NCBI GenBank assembly: GCA_046262995.1
Contig: JBHELQ010000064.1
Span: 37,757-101,756 of the forward strand
Direction: 5' to 3'
DNA: 64,000 nucleotides
Origin: Thermoleophilaceae bacterium
Lineage (GTDB): Bacteria > Actinomycetota > Thermoleophilia > Solirubrobacterales > Thermoleophilaceae
This document shows, one piece after another, positions 9,459 to 18,665 of the stretch (position 1 is its first letter; each line of letters begins with the position of its first letter). The notes under the pieces are model-generated. The model saw only the letters and a list, made by a program, of their open reading frames with translations. It was not told the DNA's origin and did no database searches. The position numbers and the translations under genes are program-made.

Positions 9459-9500
9459 TATGTCGGCTCCTGCCCACCCGCTGACAGGAGTCTTTCCCGC

Positions 9501-10358
9501 TTGAGCCTCGCCGAGACCGTCGCCCTCGGAGCCCTAGCCGGCCTCACCATCTACCTCGGCCTGCCCTTCGGCCGCATCCAGCTGCTCGGCCGCCGGTCGC
9601 GGGTGGCCCTGGCGATGTTCTCGGTTGGCGTACTGGCCTTCCTGTTCGTCGACATCTTCGAGCACGCCTTCGAGATCGTCGAGGAGGCGGTCCAGGGCTA
9701 CAGGCACGGCAAGCAGGGAAGCGGCGAGGCGCTTGGCTTCCTGCTCCTCCTCGGCGGAGGCTTCGCCCTGGGGAGCGCCGGGCTCGCGACGATCGAGTCC
9801 CGCCTGCGCGGGCGTAACGCCAAGCCCGCGCCCGTGGCCGGCGGCTCCGGCGAGGCGGCGGCCCTGAACCCCGGCGAGACCCTGGCCCTGGAGGCCGACG
9901 CGCGCGCCCGGGCACTCCAGGTCGGCATGACCATCGCGGTGGCCATCGGCCTGCACAACTTCGCGGAGGGGCTCGCGATCGGCGTCTCCGCCAGCACCGG
10001 CGAGATCGGGTTGGCGACGGTGTTGATCGTGGGCTTCGCGCTGCACAACGCCACCGAGGGCTTCGGGATCCTGGGGCCGCTCGGCGCCGTCCAGCCCTCC
10101 TGGCGCTGGATCGGGCTGGCCGGGCTCGTTGGCGGGGGGCCGGTCTTCCTCGGCTCCATCGTCGGCTACAACGTCACCTCGCAGCCGCTCGAGCTGGCCT
10201 TCTACGGGATCTCCGGCGGCGCCATCCTCTACGTGATCGGCGAGGTCTGGACCGCGGTGCGCCGCCACGGGCACCGCGAGCTTGGTCTCTGGCTGCTCGC
10301 GCTCGGGTTCTTCGCGGGCGTCCTGACGGACATGCTCGTCGTGTACGGCGGCGCCTGA
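9501..10358 (+). CDS. ZIP-family divalent metal transporter (ZupT-like)
   Basis: TTG start preceded by AGGAG (9486-9490). Twin motifs GLHNFAEGLAIG and ALHNATEGFGI. Multi-pass membrane protein. Confidence 0.8.
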   Translation: MSLAETVALGALAGLTIYLGLPFGRIQLLGRRSRVALAMFSVGVLAFLFVDIFEHAFEIVEEAVQGYRHGKQGSGEALGFLLLLGGGFALGSAGLATIESRLRGRNAKPAPVAGGSGEAAALNPGETLALEADARARALQVGMTIAVAIGLHNFAEGLAIGVSASTGEIGLATVLIVGFALHNATEGFGILGPLGAVQPSWRWIGLAGLVGGGPVFLGSIVGYNVTSQPLELAFYGISGGAILYVIGEVWTAVRRHGHRELGLWLLALGFFAGVLTDMLVVYGGA

Positions 10359-10444
10359 CCCGGGTACCTTTGCCGGGCGGGCCCGCTCGCTAGAATCGGG
10401 CACCGGATATCCGACCCACCCACCCGGAATTAGGGACCAAGCCC

Positions 10445-11845
10445 ATGGCAGCCACCGACAAGACCCGTATCGCCAAGCCCAGCACGATCGCCGAGGACGA
10501 GCAGGGCCAGCTCGTCGCCAAGAAGGGCATCTCTCGCGAGGTCATCCAGGAGCTGTCCAAGGTCAAGGGCGAGCCGGAGTGGATGCGCGAGAAGCGCGTC
10601 AAGTCGTACGAGATCTGCGAGCGCAAGCCGATCCCCACCTGGGGCGTCGACCTGTCCGACCTCGACCTGTCAGAGCTGGTGCTCTACTCGCCGCCCGAGG
10701 CCGGGCGCTACGACTCCTGGGACGACGTCCCCCAGGAGCAGAAGGACACCTTCGAGAAGCTCGGCATCCCCCAGGCCGAGCGCGAGCACCTGGCCGGCGT
10801 CGTCGGCGTCTGGCGCCAGGAGCCCTTCTACGAGGGCCTGAAGAAGGAGTACGCGGACCAGGGGATCGTCTTCTGCGCCATGGACACGGCCGTCCAGGAG
10901 TACCCCGACCTCGTGCGCGAGCACTTCATGAACAAGTGCGTGCCGCCCCAGGACAACAAGTTCTCGGCGCTGCACGGCGCCGTCTGGTCAGGCGGCTCGT
11001 TCCTGTACGTGCCGAAGGACGTGAAGGTCGATCTGCCGCTGCAGGCCTACTTCCGCATGGAGGGCGCCAACGAGGGCACCTTCGAGCACACCCTGATCAT
11101 CGCCGACGAGGGCTCCGAGGTGAACTACATCGAGGGCTGCACGGCGCAGACCTACTCGGTCAACTCGATGCACTCGGCGGTCGTCGAGATCTTCGTGAAG
11201 GAGGGGGCCAAGGCCCGCTACACCACGGTCCAGAACTGGTCCAAGGACGTCTTCAACCTGAACACGAAGCGCGCGATCGTCGACGCCCACGGCACGGTCG
11301 AGTGGGTCGGCGGCTCGATGGGCGCCAAGAAGGTCATGCTCTACCCGGGCTCCTTCCTGATGGGCGAGGGCGCGCGCGCCGACCACCTGAACGTCGGCGT
11401 GGCCTCCGGCGACGTCTGGAAGGACACCGGCGCCAAGGTGCTCCACCTGGCGCCCAACACCACCTCGAACATCCTCGCCAAGTCGATCTCCAAGGACGGC
11501 GGCGTCATGGGCTACCGCGGCCTCGTGCGCATGGGCCACAACTCGCAGGGCTCGAAGGCCCACGTCCAGTGCGACGGCCTGATGATGGACGACCGCTCCC
11601 GCTCGGACACCTGGCCCGACATCCAGATCCAGAACCCGCACGTGACCGTGGCCCACGAGGCCGTGGTCGGCAAGATCTCCGACGAGCAGCTCTTCTACCT
11701 GCAGTCGCGCGGCCTCTCCGAGGAGGAGGCGGCGGCGATGATCGTGAACGGCTTCATCGAGCCGGTCACGAAGGAGCTGCCGATGGAGTACGCCGTGGAG
11801 CTGAACCGCTTGATTCAGCTCGAGATGGTCGGCAGCATCGGCTGA
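10445..11845 (+). CDS. sufB: Fe-S cluster assembly protein SufB
   Basis: 466 aa with highly typical SufB sequence: GIVFCAMDTAVQEYPDLV, FEHTLIIADEGS, VAHEAVVGKISDEQLFYLQSRGLSEEEA. Confidence 0.95.
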   Translation: MAATDKTRIAKPSTIAEDEQGQLVAKKGISREVIQELSKVKGEPEWMREKRVKSYEICERKPIPTWGVDLSDLDLSELVLYSPPEAGRYDSWDDVPQEQKDTFEKLGIPQAEREHLAGVVGVWRQEPFYEGLKKEYADQGIVFCAMDTAVQEYPDLVREHFMNKCVPPQDNKFSALHGAVWSGGSFLYVPKDVKVDLPLQAYFRMEGANEGTFEHTLIIADEGSEVNYIEGCTAQTYSVNSMHSAVVEIFVKEGAKARYTTVQNWSKDVFNLNTKRAIVDAHGTVEWVGGSMGAKKVMLYPGSFLMGEGARADHLNVGVASGDVWKDTGAKVLHLAPNTTSNILAKSISKDGGVMGYRGLVRMGHNSQGSKAHVQCDGLMMDDRSRSDTWPDIQIQNPHVTVAHEAVVGKISDEQLFYLQSRGLSEEEAAAMIVNGFIEPVTKELPMEYAVELNRLIQLEMVGSIG

Positions 11846-11879
11846 CGCGATGAGCGCCCACTTCGTCGGCCAGTATCGG

Positions 11880-12950
11880 CTAGCCCGGCAGGCGGCGGCC
11901 GGCGTCGCCCAATGCCTCGCGCGCCTCCTCGGCCAGGCGTCGCACCAGCTCGCCGGCGTCGCCCTCGTCGCCGAGCGCGTACGCTTGGCCGGCCCATAGG
12001 TTGATGCCGTCGGCGTCCCCGCTCTCGCGGGCCGCCGCGCGGATTCCGGCGGTCAGGTGGTGGACCTGCGGGTAGGCGCTCGGCGCGTCCTGGTGCTCGC
12101 GCATGAAGCGGTTGACCAGCCCACGGGCCGTCCGCCCCGTGAAGGCCCGGGTGAGGGCGGTGCGGGTGCCGCGCTTTCGCAAGGCCTCCCGGTGGGCCGG
12201 GGAGGTCGCCGCCTCCCGGGTGAGCATGAAGGCCGTGCCGAGCTGCACGGCGGCGGCTCCCGCCGCCAGAGCGCCGGCAACGCCGCGGCCGGACACGATC
12301 CCCCCCGATGCGACCAGGGGAAGATCGACCTCCGCTCCGACGAGCTGCAGCAGCGCCAGCAGGCCGAGGTCGCCCGGCTCCAGGTCGTCGAAGCTCGCGC
12401 GATGGCCGCCGGCCTCCACTCCCTGCGCAATCAGCGCATCGGCGCCGGCGTCGCGCGCCACGCGCGCCTCGGCGGGCGTGGTCACGGTGATCCACACGGC
12501 GACTCCCGCGCGTCGGAGGTCCTCCACCACCGCAGGCGCCGGACAGCCGAAGGCGAAGGAGACGACGTCCGGGCGCTCCTCGGCGGCCAGGGCGAGCTTC
12601 GCGTCCCAGCCGTCGTCGTCTTCTCGCGGCTCGCCGAGGCGCGCGTCGTAGCGCTCCGCCTCGGCGGCGAGCTGCCGTGCGTAGCGGTCCACCGCATCCC
12701 GATCCACGCTCGCTCGCGACGGCACGAATAGGTTGAGCCCGACGGGACGTTCCGTCTGGCGCCGGAGCTCGGCGAGCTCCTGGCGGACCGTCTCGGGCGT
12801 CCGGTAGCCGGCGGCGAGGAAGCCGAGGCCCCCTGCGTTGGCGACCGCCGCCGCCAGCTCCGGCGTGGACGGGCCGCCGGCGAGCGGCGCCTGGACGATC
12901 GGGACCTCCAGCTGATCCGGGGAGAAACGGGCCGCGGCGTCCGAAGCCAT
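11880..12950 (-). CDS. nitronate monooxygenase (NMO/2-nitropropane dioxygenase family)
   Basis: PIVQAPLAGGPSTPELAAAVANAGGLGFLAAG, ASGGI and QLGTAF. The start is taken at ATG 12950 (MASDAAARF), inside the longer ORF that extends to 13076. Confidence 0.85.
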   Translation of the reverse strand: MASDAAARFSPDQLEVPIVQAPLAGGPSTPELAAAVANAGGLGFLAAGYRTPETVRQELAELRRQTERPVGLNLFVPSRASVDRDAVDRYARQLAAEAERYDARLGEPREDDDGWDAKLALAAEERPDVVSFAFGCPAPAVVEDLRRAGVAVWITVTTPAEARVARDAGADALIAQGVEAGGHRASFDDLEPGDLGLLALLQLVGAEVDLPLVASGGIVSGRGVAGALAAGAAAVQLGTAFMLTREAATSPAHREALRKRGTRTALTRAFTGRTARGLVNRFMREHQDAPSAYPQVHHLTAGIRAAARESGDADGINLWAGQAYALGDEGDAGELVRRLAEEAREALGDAGRRLPG

Positions 12951-13032
12951 CGTCTCCGAGGTTACGACCAGCGGCTGCTCGGCCCTCCCGCCCGCGCTAA
13001 CGGCCCGTAGGGCCGCTGCCGATGACAAGCGG

Positions 13033-13731
13033 GTGAGCGTGAACGAACTTGTCCTCGTGCAGGGCTGGAGCGACACCCGCGCGACCCTCGAGCGCTGGAG
13101 GCATGCCCCCGGCAGGCTGCTCGCGCCGTGGCTCGTCCGCAGCCTCCAGATCGCCTGCGCCCTGCTGTTCGCCGTGTACGTGGTGGCCAGGCTCTCGGCG
13201 CCGGACGCCAGCCGGCTCGTGATCCCCGGCTACACCACCAAGGCGGGCGTCGGGGACTACCTGCACATCCTCTACCGCAACTCGCTCGTGCTGGCCCTGC
13301 ACGCGATGGCGTGTGTGGCCGGCTTCATCGCGGGCAGCTCGCTGCCGATCTCCGCTTCCCATCGGAGCGGGGTCTCGCGCTGGGTGCACGAGAAGGCCGG
13401 GCCACTCGCGATCGGCTTCGTCATCTGCGCCACCGCCTTCTCGCTCTGTACCCAGGCCTACGCGATCGGCGGCGCCGCCTCGACCGTGGCGGCGCAGCTC
13501 GGCGTCGGGCCCGCCACCCTGATCCTGACCCTGCTCCCCCACGCCCTGCCCGAGCTGATCGCGCTCTTCCTGCCGCTCGCCGCATGGATCGCCGCCAGCC
13601 GCCGCGGCGACTGGGACGAGCTACTGGCGGCCACCTTCGTGACCGCCGCCGTGGCCGTGCCGATGCTGCTGGCCAGCGCCGCCATCGAGCTGGGGCTGTG
13701 GCCCCTGCTGCTCCGCGCCGCTGCCGGCTGA
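13033..13731 (+). CDS. integral membrane protein, SpoIIM/DUF95-like
   Basis: 5-6 TM helices with LLPHALPELIALFLPLAAW, which resembles the DUF95 signature. The call is by eye only. Confidence 0.45.
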   Translation: MSVNELVLVQGWSDTRATLERWRHAPGRLLAPWLVRSLQIACALLFAVYVVARLSAPDASRLVIPGYTTKAGVGDYLHILYRNSLVLALHAMACVAGFIAGSSLPISASHRSGVSRWVHEKAGPLAIGFVICATAFSLCTQAYAIGGAASTVAAQLGVGPATLILTLLPHALPELIALFLPLAAWIAASRRGDWDELLAATFVTAAVAVPMLLASAAIELGLWPLLLRAAAG

Positions 13732-13755
13732 GCCGGCCTTCGGCATCCTACGCGG

Positions 13756-14547
13756 GTGCGCCCGCCCGCCCAGGCAAGGCTCCCGGCCCCGGAGTTCCCG
13801 CCCGACATGGATTGGATCGGCGTGCCCTTCCTGCGCATGGACCGGCTCATGGGACGCCACGCGGTGCTGGTCGAGTTCTGGGACTTCGCGCGCGTGAACT
13901 CGCTGCGAACGCTTCCCTACCTGGACGCCTGGCACGCCCGCTACGCGGACGCCGGCCTGCAGCTGGTCGGCGTCCACTCCCCGGGTTACTCGTTCGGGCG
14001 CGATCGCGGCGCGGTTGAGCGCGCCGTCGAACGGCTGGAGATCCGCTATCCGGTGCTGCTCGATCCCGAGCTCGAGCTCTGGCGCCTGTACGGCAACAGG
14101 GGCTGGCCCGGTCGCTACCTGTTCGACCGCGCCGGCCTGCTCTCGTTCATCCATTACGGCGAGGGCGACTACCGGGACACGGAGCTCGCGATCCAGCAGT
14201 GCCTCCGGGAGATCGAGTCCGAGCTCGACCCGCCGGCGCCGCTCGACCCGCTCCGCCCCGAGGACGCCCCCGGCGTGCTGCTGGAGCCTCAGACTGCCGA
14301 CATCGCCCTGCCCGCCGACAGGGCGCGGCTCGAGCTGGTGCGCGACTGGACGGACGGCGAGGACTGGATCGAGGCGGTGGACGCCGGGGCGGCGGCCAGC
14401 TTCGAGTTCCGGGCCGGCGGCGCCTATGCGGTGCTTTCGGGCGCCGACCGGGAACCCGGCCTTTACGAGACCGACGGCACGATCGTGGCCGAGTCCCCCG
14501 GCCTGCGCCTGCACGGCGTGCAGTTCACGCCGCTCCCGCCCGGCTGA
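13756..14547 (+). CDS. DipZ-like thioredoxin-fold protein lacking the CxxC active site, with a C-terminal beta-rich domain
   Basis: VLVEFWDFARVNSLRTLPYLDAWHARYADAGLQLVGVHSP parallels the FWTYSCINCIRTLPYL pattern, but Ala and Ser replace both cysteines. Confidence 0.6.
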   Translation: MRPPAQARLPAPEFPPDMDWIGVPFLRMDRLMGRHAVLVEFWDFARVNSLRTLPYLDAWHARYADAGLQLVGVHSPGYSFGRDRGAVERAVERLEIRYPVLLDPELELWRLYGNRGWPGRYLFDRAGLLSFIHYGEGDYRDTELAIQQCLREIESELDPPAPLDPLRPEDAPGVLLEPQTADIALPADRARLELVRDWTDGEDWIEAVDAGAAASFEFRAGGAYAVLSGADREPGLYETDGTIVAESPGLRLHGVQFTPLPPG

Positions 14548-14559
14548 GCGGGCGGCGGA

Positions 14560-15519
14560 CTACCCGGCGCGTCCGGCCAGCTCCCGGCGGATGTCCTTGG
14601 GGAGCATGAAGCGGACGTCTTCCTGCACGACCTCGAGCTCCGAGACGTCCTCGGTGCCGCGCTCACGGAAGAACCCGACCAGCCGCTGGACGAGCTCCTC
14701 CGGCGCGCTCGCCCCGGAGGTGATGCCCACGACGCGCTTGCCGTCGAGCCACTCCTCGCGCACCTGCTCCTCGTTGTCGATCAGGTGCGAGTCGGCCCCG
14801 TGGTCGCGGGCCACCTCCACCAGGCGGTTCGAGTTCGAGGAATTGCGCGAGCCGATCACCAGGACGAGGTCGCACTCGCGCGCCATCTGGCGGACCGCCA
14901 TCTGACGGTTCGTGGTGGCGTAACAGATGTCGTCGCTCTTCGGCCCGACGATGTTGGGGAAGCGCTCGCGCAGCCGGCGGATGATGCGGTCGGTCTCGTC
15001 GACGGAGAGGGTCGTCTGCGTCAGGTACGCGACCCGGTCCTCGTCCTCGACCTCGATCCGGTCCGCCTCCTCCTCGGACTGGACGAGCAGCATCTGGGCC
15101 GGGGCCTCGCCCATCGTCCCCTCGACCTCCTCGTGCCCGTCGTGGCCGATCAGGATGATCGTGTAGCCCTCCATGGCGAACTTCCTGGCCTCGACGTGCA
15201 CCTTGGTAACGAGCGGGCAGGTGGCGTCGATCGTCCTCAGGCTCTGGCTGGCGGCGTTCTCGTGCACCTTGGGCGCCACCCCGTGAGCGGAGAAGACGAC
15301 GGTCTCGCCGTCCGGCACCTCGGTCTCCTCATCGACGAAGATGGCGCCGCGCTCGCGCAGCTGCTCGACCACGTGCTTGTTGTGCACGATCTCCTTGCGG
15401 ACGTAGACCGGCGGGCCGTAGAGCTCGAGGGCGCGCTCGACCGTCTGCACGGCCCGGTCGACGCCGGCGCAGTAGCCCCGCGGCGCAGCCAGCAGCAGCT
15501 TCTCGGGCGCGGCGGGCAT
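14560..15519 (-). CDS. ispH: 4-hydroxy-3-methylbut-2-enyl diphosphate reductase IspH
   Basis: [24 protein letters not shown]..., [19 protein letters not shown] and [10 protein letters not shown]. Only the last 319 codons of the 875-aa ORF 14560-17187 are the gene. TACCCT lies 8 nt before ATG 15519. Confidence 0.95.
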   Translation of the reverse strand: MPAAPEKLLLAAPRGYCAGVDRAVQTVERALELYGPPVYVRKEIVHNKHVVEQLRERGAIFVDEETEVPDGETVVFSAHGVAPKVHENAASQSLRTIDATCPLVTKVHVEARKFAMEGYTIILIGHDGHEEVEGTMGEAPAQMLLVQSEEEADRIEVEDEDRVAYLTQTTLSVDETDRIIRRLRERFPNIVGPKSDDICYATTNRQMAVRQMARECDLVLVIGSRNSSNSNRLVEVARDHGADSHLIDNEEQVREEWLDGKRVVGITSGASAPEELVQRLVGFFRERGTEDVSELEVVQEDVRFMLPKDIRRELAGRAG

Positions 15520-15597
15520 CGCTCCAGAGGGTAGCTGGGAAAAGCGTGCCCGCACCCACCGTTGTGGGCGGCCCCCCGCGACGGGTAGGCTCCGGGC

Positions 15598-17097
15598 ATG
15601 CCTGAGATGCAGGGGCACATGGAGCGACTCAGCCCCGTGGACGCCTCGTTCCTGCACCAGGAGCGCGACATGTCCCACATGCACGTCGGCGGGGTCGTGA
15701 TCTTCGAAGGACCGCCGCCCTCGCAGGAGGAGCTCGTGGAGCACCTGACCTCTCGCATGGGGCAGGTCCCGCGTTACAGGCAGAAGCTCACGGAGCCCCC
15801 GTTCGAGCTTGGACGTCCGTTCTGGATCGACGACCCGAGCTTCAACCTCGACTATCACCTGCGCGTCACGGGCCTCCCCTCGCCGGGATCGCTCGAGCAG
15901 CTGCGGGCGCTCGTCGGCCGGATCTTCTCCCAGCGACTCGACCGCTCGAAGCCGCTGTGGGAGCTGTGGCTCGTCCAGGGGCTCGAGGACAACCGCTTCG
16001 CGCTGATCAGCAAGACCCACCACGCGATGGTCGACGGGGTCGCCGGCGTGGACATCTCGACCGTCCTGTTCGACGTGTCGCCGGTGCCCCAGGAGGACCG
16101 GGACGGGGACGGCGGCGGCCCGTCGGAGGACGCCCGCGCCCGGTCCTGGACGCCGGCCCCCGAGCCCTCCACGGTCGGCCTGGTGGGCGAGGCGGTGAAG
16201 GACGCCCTGCGCGCCCCGGTCGGCCTGGCGGGGCGGGTGCTCGGCGCCGTGACGAGCCCCAGGGCGGCCGTTGGCGGGGCGCGCGAGACCGTGGAGGCGC
16301 TGGGGGAGGTCGTCTGGGCGGGCCTCAATCCCGCGCCTGACGTTCCGCTCAACGTGCCGATCGGGCCGCACCGCAGCGTCTGGTGGACGCAGCGGCCGCT
16401 GGCCGAGCTGAAAGAGATCAAGGACGCCCTGGGCGGGACGGTGAACGACGTCGTGCTCGCGGTCGTGGCCGGCGCGCTCGGCCGCTGGCTCCGGACGCGC
16501 GGCGTGCGCGTGGAGGGGCTCGAGCTCAGGGCGCTCGTGCCGATGTCGATTCGCGCTGACGACGACCACGGGACGCTCGGCAACCGCATCGCCGCGATGC
16601 GCGGACCGCTGCCGGTCTACGCCAGCGAGCCCGTGGAGCGGCTGCGGATCGTGCGCGAGTCGATGGCGGGCGTGAAGGACTCGAAGCAGGCCCTGGGGGC
16701 GGAGGTGATCGCCGGGCTCGAGCGCTTCGCGCCCCCGACGCTGCTCGCCCAGGCCTCGCGCATCAACTTCTCCACCAGGCTCTTCAACCTGATCGTGACC
16801 AACGTGCCGGGGCCCCAGTTCCCGCTCTACCTGTTGGGGCGCGAGATGCAGGAGATGGTGCCGGTCGCCTTCCTGCCGGAGAACCACGCGCTCGCGATCG
16901 CGATCATGAGCTACAACGGCAAGGTCGACTTCGGGCTGCTCGGCGACTATGACGCGATGCCGGACATCGACCGCATGACCGAGCTGATCGAGGAGTCGCT
17001 TGACGAGCTCCTGGAGGCGGCCCGCGCGGCCGCGCCGCGGCGGCGGAAGCCGAAGCCCGGCGGCGGCGGCAGGCGCTCGACTAGCGCCTCGTCCTGA
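15598..17097 (+). CDS. wax ester synthase/diacylglycerol acyltransferase (WS/DGAT)
   Basis: LSPVDASFL, catalytic [26 protein letters not shown] (15586-15591) lies 6 nt before ATG 15598. Confidence 0.9.
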   Translation: MPEMQGHMERLSPVDASFLHQERDMSHMHVGGVVIFEGPPPSQEELVEHLTSRMGQVPRYRQKLTEPPFELGRPFWIDDPSFNLDYHLRVTGLPSPGSLEQLRALVGRIFSQRLDRSKPLWELWLVQGLEDNRFALISKTHHAMVDGVAGVDISTVLFDVSPVPQEDRDGDGGGPSEDARARSWTPAPEPSTVGLVGEAVKDALRAPVGLAGRVLGAVTSPRAAVGGARETVEALGEVVWAGLNPAPDVPLNVPIGPHRSVWWTQRPLAELKEIKDALGGTVNDVVLAVVAGALGRWLRTRGVRVEGLELRALVPMSIRADDDHGTLGNRIAAMRGPLPVYASEPVERLRIVRESMAGVKDSKQALGAEVIAGLERFAPPTLLAQASRINFSTRLFNLIVTNVPGPQFPLYLLGREMQEMVPVAFLPENHALAIAIMSYNGKVDFGLLGDYDAMPDIDRMTELIEESLDELLEAARAAAPRRRKPKPGGGGRRSTSASS

Positions 17098-17857
17098 CCG
17101 CCGCCTGGCCGGGCGAGCGATGCTCGGGAGCCAACCGGCGCGCCAGCGCCAGCGTCCCCTCGTCGAGCCGCCCTTCGACCAGGTCATAGCGCTCGGCGTA
17201 CTGCTCTAGAAGCGCGTCGCGCACCGCATCGGAGTCGAGTCCCGCCACCTCGTCCGCCGTCGCGCCCGCCGTGTCCGGGCGCCAGTCGAGACCGAGCTCG
17301 CGATACACGGGCACGAGCACGTCCCGGATGCGATCGGCGCCCGCGGCCACAACCACTCCCCCGACGTGCGCGGCGCCCTTGATGAGGCGCTGGCCGACCC
17401 CGGCGAGCTTCACCGAGCCCCGGGCGTTGACCGAATACCCGCCGGGGCAGTACTCCCCCTCCACCTCACCCACGCGGGCATCGGCCCCGAGCGTGCGCAG
17501 GGCCGCGGCGATCAGCTCCGCGACGGCCTCGAAGCGCGGGAAGACCCCGGGGCGAGGGTTCGGGTCCGGCATGGCGTGCGCGACCGCCACGGTGCCCTCG
17601 TGGAACACGGCCGCCCGCCCGCCCGCGAGGCGCACTACCGCCTCGAAGCCCCGCTCCCGGGCCGCGCGGGCGGCGGCGGGATAGCCCGGACCGGCGGCGT
17701 CCTGCTTGCCGAAGGCCACCATCGCCCCCGGGCGGGCGATCCGCAGCGTGGCGGGGAGCTCTCCGGCCGCGACCCGCTCGAGCAGCGCCCGCGAAACCGC
17801 CGTGTCGAGGACTGGATCCTCAGGGAACGATTCGCGAATCAGGCGCAGCTCGGGCAC
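17081..17857 (-). CDS. lipoate-protein ligase (LplA/BPL_LplA_LipB family) protein
   Basis: [41 protein letters not shown]. Its 3' end overlaps the convergent WS/DGAT gene by 17 nt. Confidence 0.7.
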   Translation of the reverse strand: MPELRLIRESFPEDPVLDTAVSRALLERVAAGELPATLRIARPGAMVAFGKQDAAGPGYPAAARAARERGFEAVVRLAGGRAAVFHEGTVAVAHAMPDPNPRPGVFPRFEAVAELIAAALRTLGADARVGEVEGEYCPGGYSVNARGSVKLAGVGQRLIKGAAHVGGVVVAAGADRIRDVLVPVYRELGLDWRPDTAGATADEVAGLDSDAVRDALLEQYAERYDLVEGRLDEGTLALARRLAPEHRSPGQAAVRTRR

Positions 17858-17871
17858 GTGCCCCGCGCCGC

Positions 17872-18168
17872 TCAGTAGCCCAGGGCGAACTTCGCGTCTT
17901 CGCTCATCATCTCCGGCGTCCAGGGCGGGCTGAAGACCATCTTCGGGTACACCCGCGAGACCTCGTCGAGCTCGCCGACGAACTCCTCGATCTGCTCGCT
18001 GACCTGGGGGCCGATCGGGCAGCCGGGCGAGGTCAGCGTGAAGGTCACGAAGACCTCCTCGTTCTCCACCTCGACCTCGTAGATCAGCCCCAACTCGACG
18101 AAATCGAGCCCCAGCTCGGGGTCGATCACGTTGGTCAGGGCGTCACGCACTTCGTCGACGTTCGGCAT
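17872..18168 (-). CDS. DUF59/SufT-like Fe-S assembly accessory protein
   Basis: VRDALTNVIDPELGLDFVELGLIYEV...TLTSPGCPIGP, the classic MIP18/DUF59 motif. Confidence 0.85.
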   Translation of the reverse strand: MPNVDEVRDALTNVIDPELGLDFVELGLIYEVEVENEEVFVTFTLTSPGCPIGPQVSEQIEEFVGELDEVSRVYPKMVFSPPWTPEMMSEDAKFALGY

Positions 18169-18194
18169 GACCCCATGGTAGTAGGGTCAGCCGG

Positions 18195-18665
18195 GTGCCC
18201 CTGTTCGCTCTGCTGGCGCTCTTCATCGCCGTCCCCCTGGCCGAGCTGTACGTGATCCTCAAGGTCGGCGACGCGATCGGCGTCCCCTGGACGATCCTGC
18301 TTCTGGCCGCCGACTCGGTCCTGGGCTCGATGCTCCTCCGCTCGCAGGGCCGAGCGGTTTGGCGGCGGTTCAGCCAGGCGCTCGCGCGGGGGCGCATGCC
18401 CCATCGCGAGGTGCAGGACGGCGTGCTCGTGATCTTCGGCGGAGCCTTCCTCATCACACCGGGCTTCATCACCGACATCATCGGCCTGCTGCTGCTGCTG
18501 CCGCCGACCCGCCCGCTCATGCGCCGCCTGGTCATGCGCTCGCTGAGCCGCCGGATGGAGCTGCGGGTGGCCCGCGCCGGGGCCCCGCCGGGGCCCGGCG
18601 GGTTCGATGTCGAGGGCAGCGCGACCGAGTACGAGCCCCCGCCGCCCGGTCAACTCGGACGGTGA
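18195..18665 (+). CDS. fxsA: FxsA-family membrane protein
   Basis: PLAELYVILKVGDAIG, GAFLITPGFITDIIGLLLLLPPTR. TAGGGT (18182-18187) lies 7 nt before GTG 18195. Confidence 0.85.
   Translation: MPLFALLALFIAVPLAELYVILKVGDAIGVPWTILLLAADSVLGSMLLRSQGRAVWRRFSQALARGRMPHREVQDGVLVIFGGAFLITPGFITDIIGLLLLLPPTRPLMRRLVMRSLSRRMELRVARAGAPPGPGGFDVEGSATEYEPPPPGQLGR

Noticed and set aside
10404-10413. Palindrome CGGATATCCG downstream of a TAGAAT hexamer in the sufB leader.
   Set aside because: It is short (10 bp) and unrelated to the Rrf2-gene palindrome, so it could occur by chance. I mention it only as a possible site under the SUF finding.
14560-17187. 875-aa ORF that suggests a giant fusion protein ending in IspH. 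Similar N-terminal extensions occur on ORFs 3979-6480, 40127-41803, 38435-39424, 19372-20484 and 27475-28563.
   Set aside because: Only the 3' portions show family motifs and begin at plausible starts. The upstream parts are antisense or out of frame relative to well-supported neighbouring genes.
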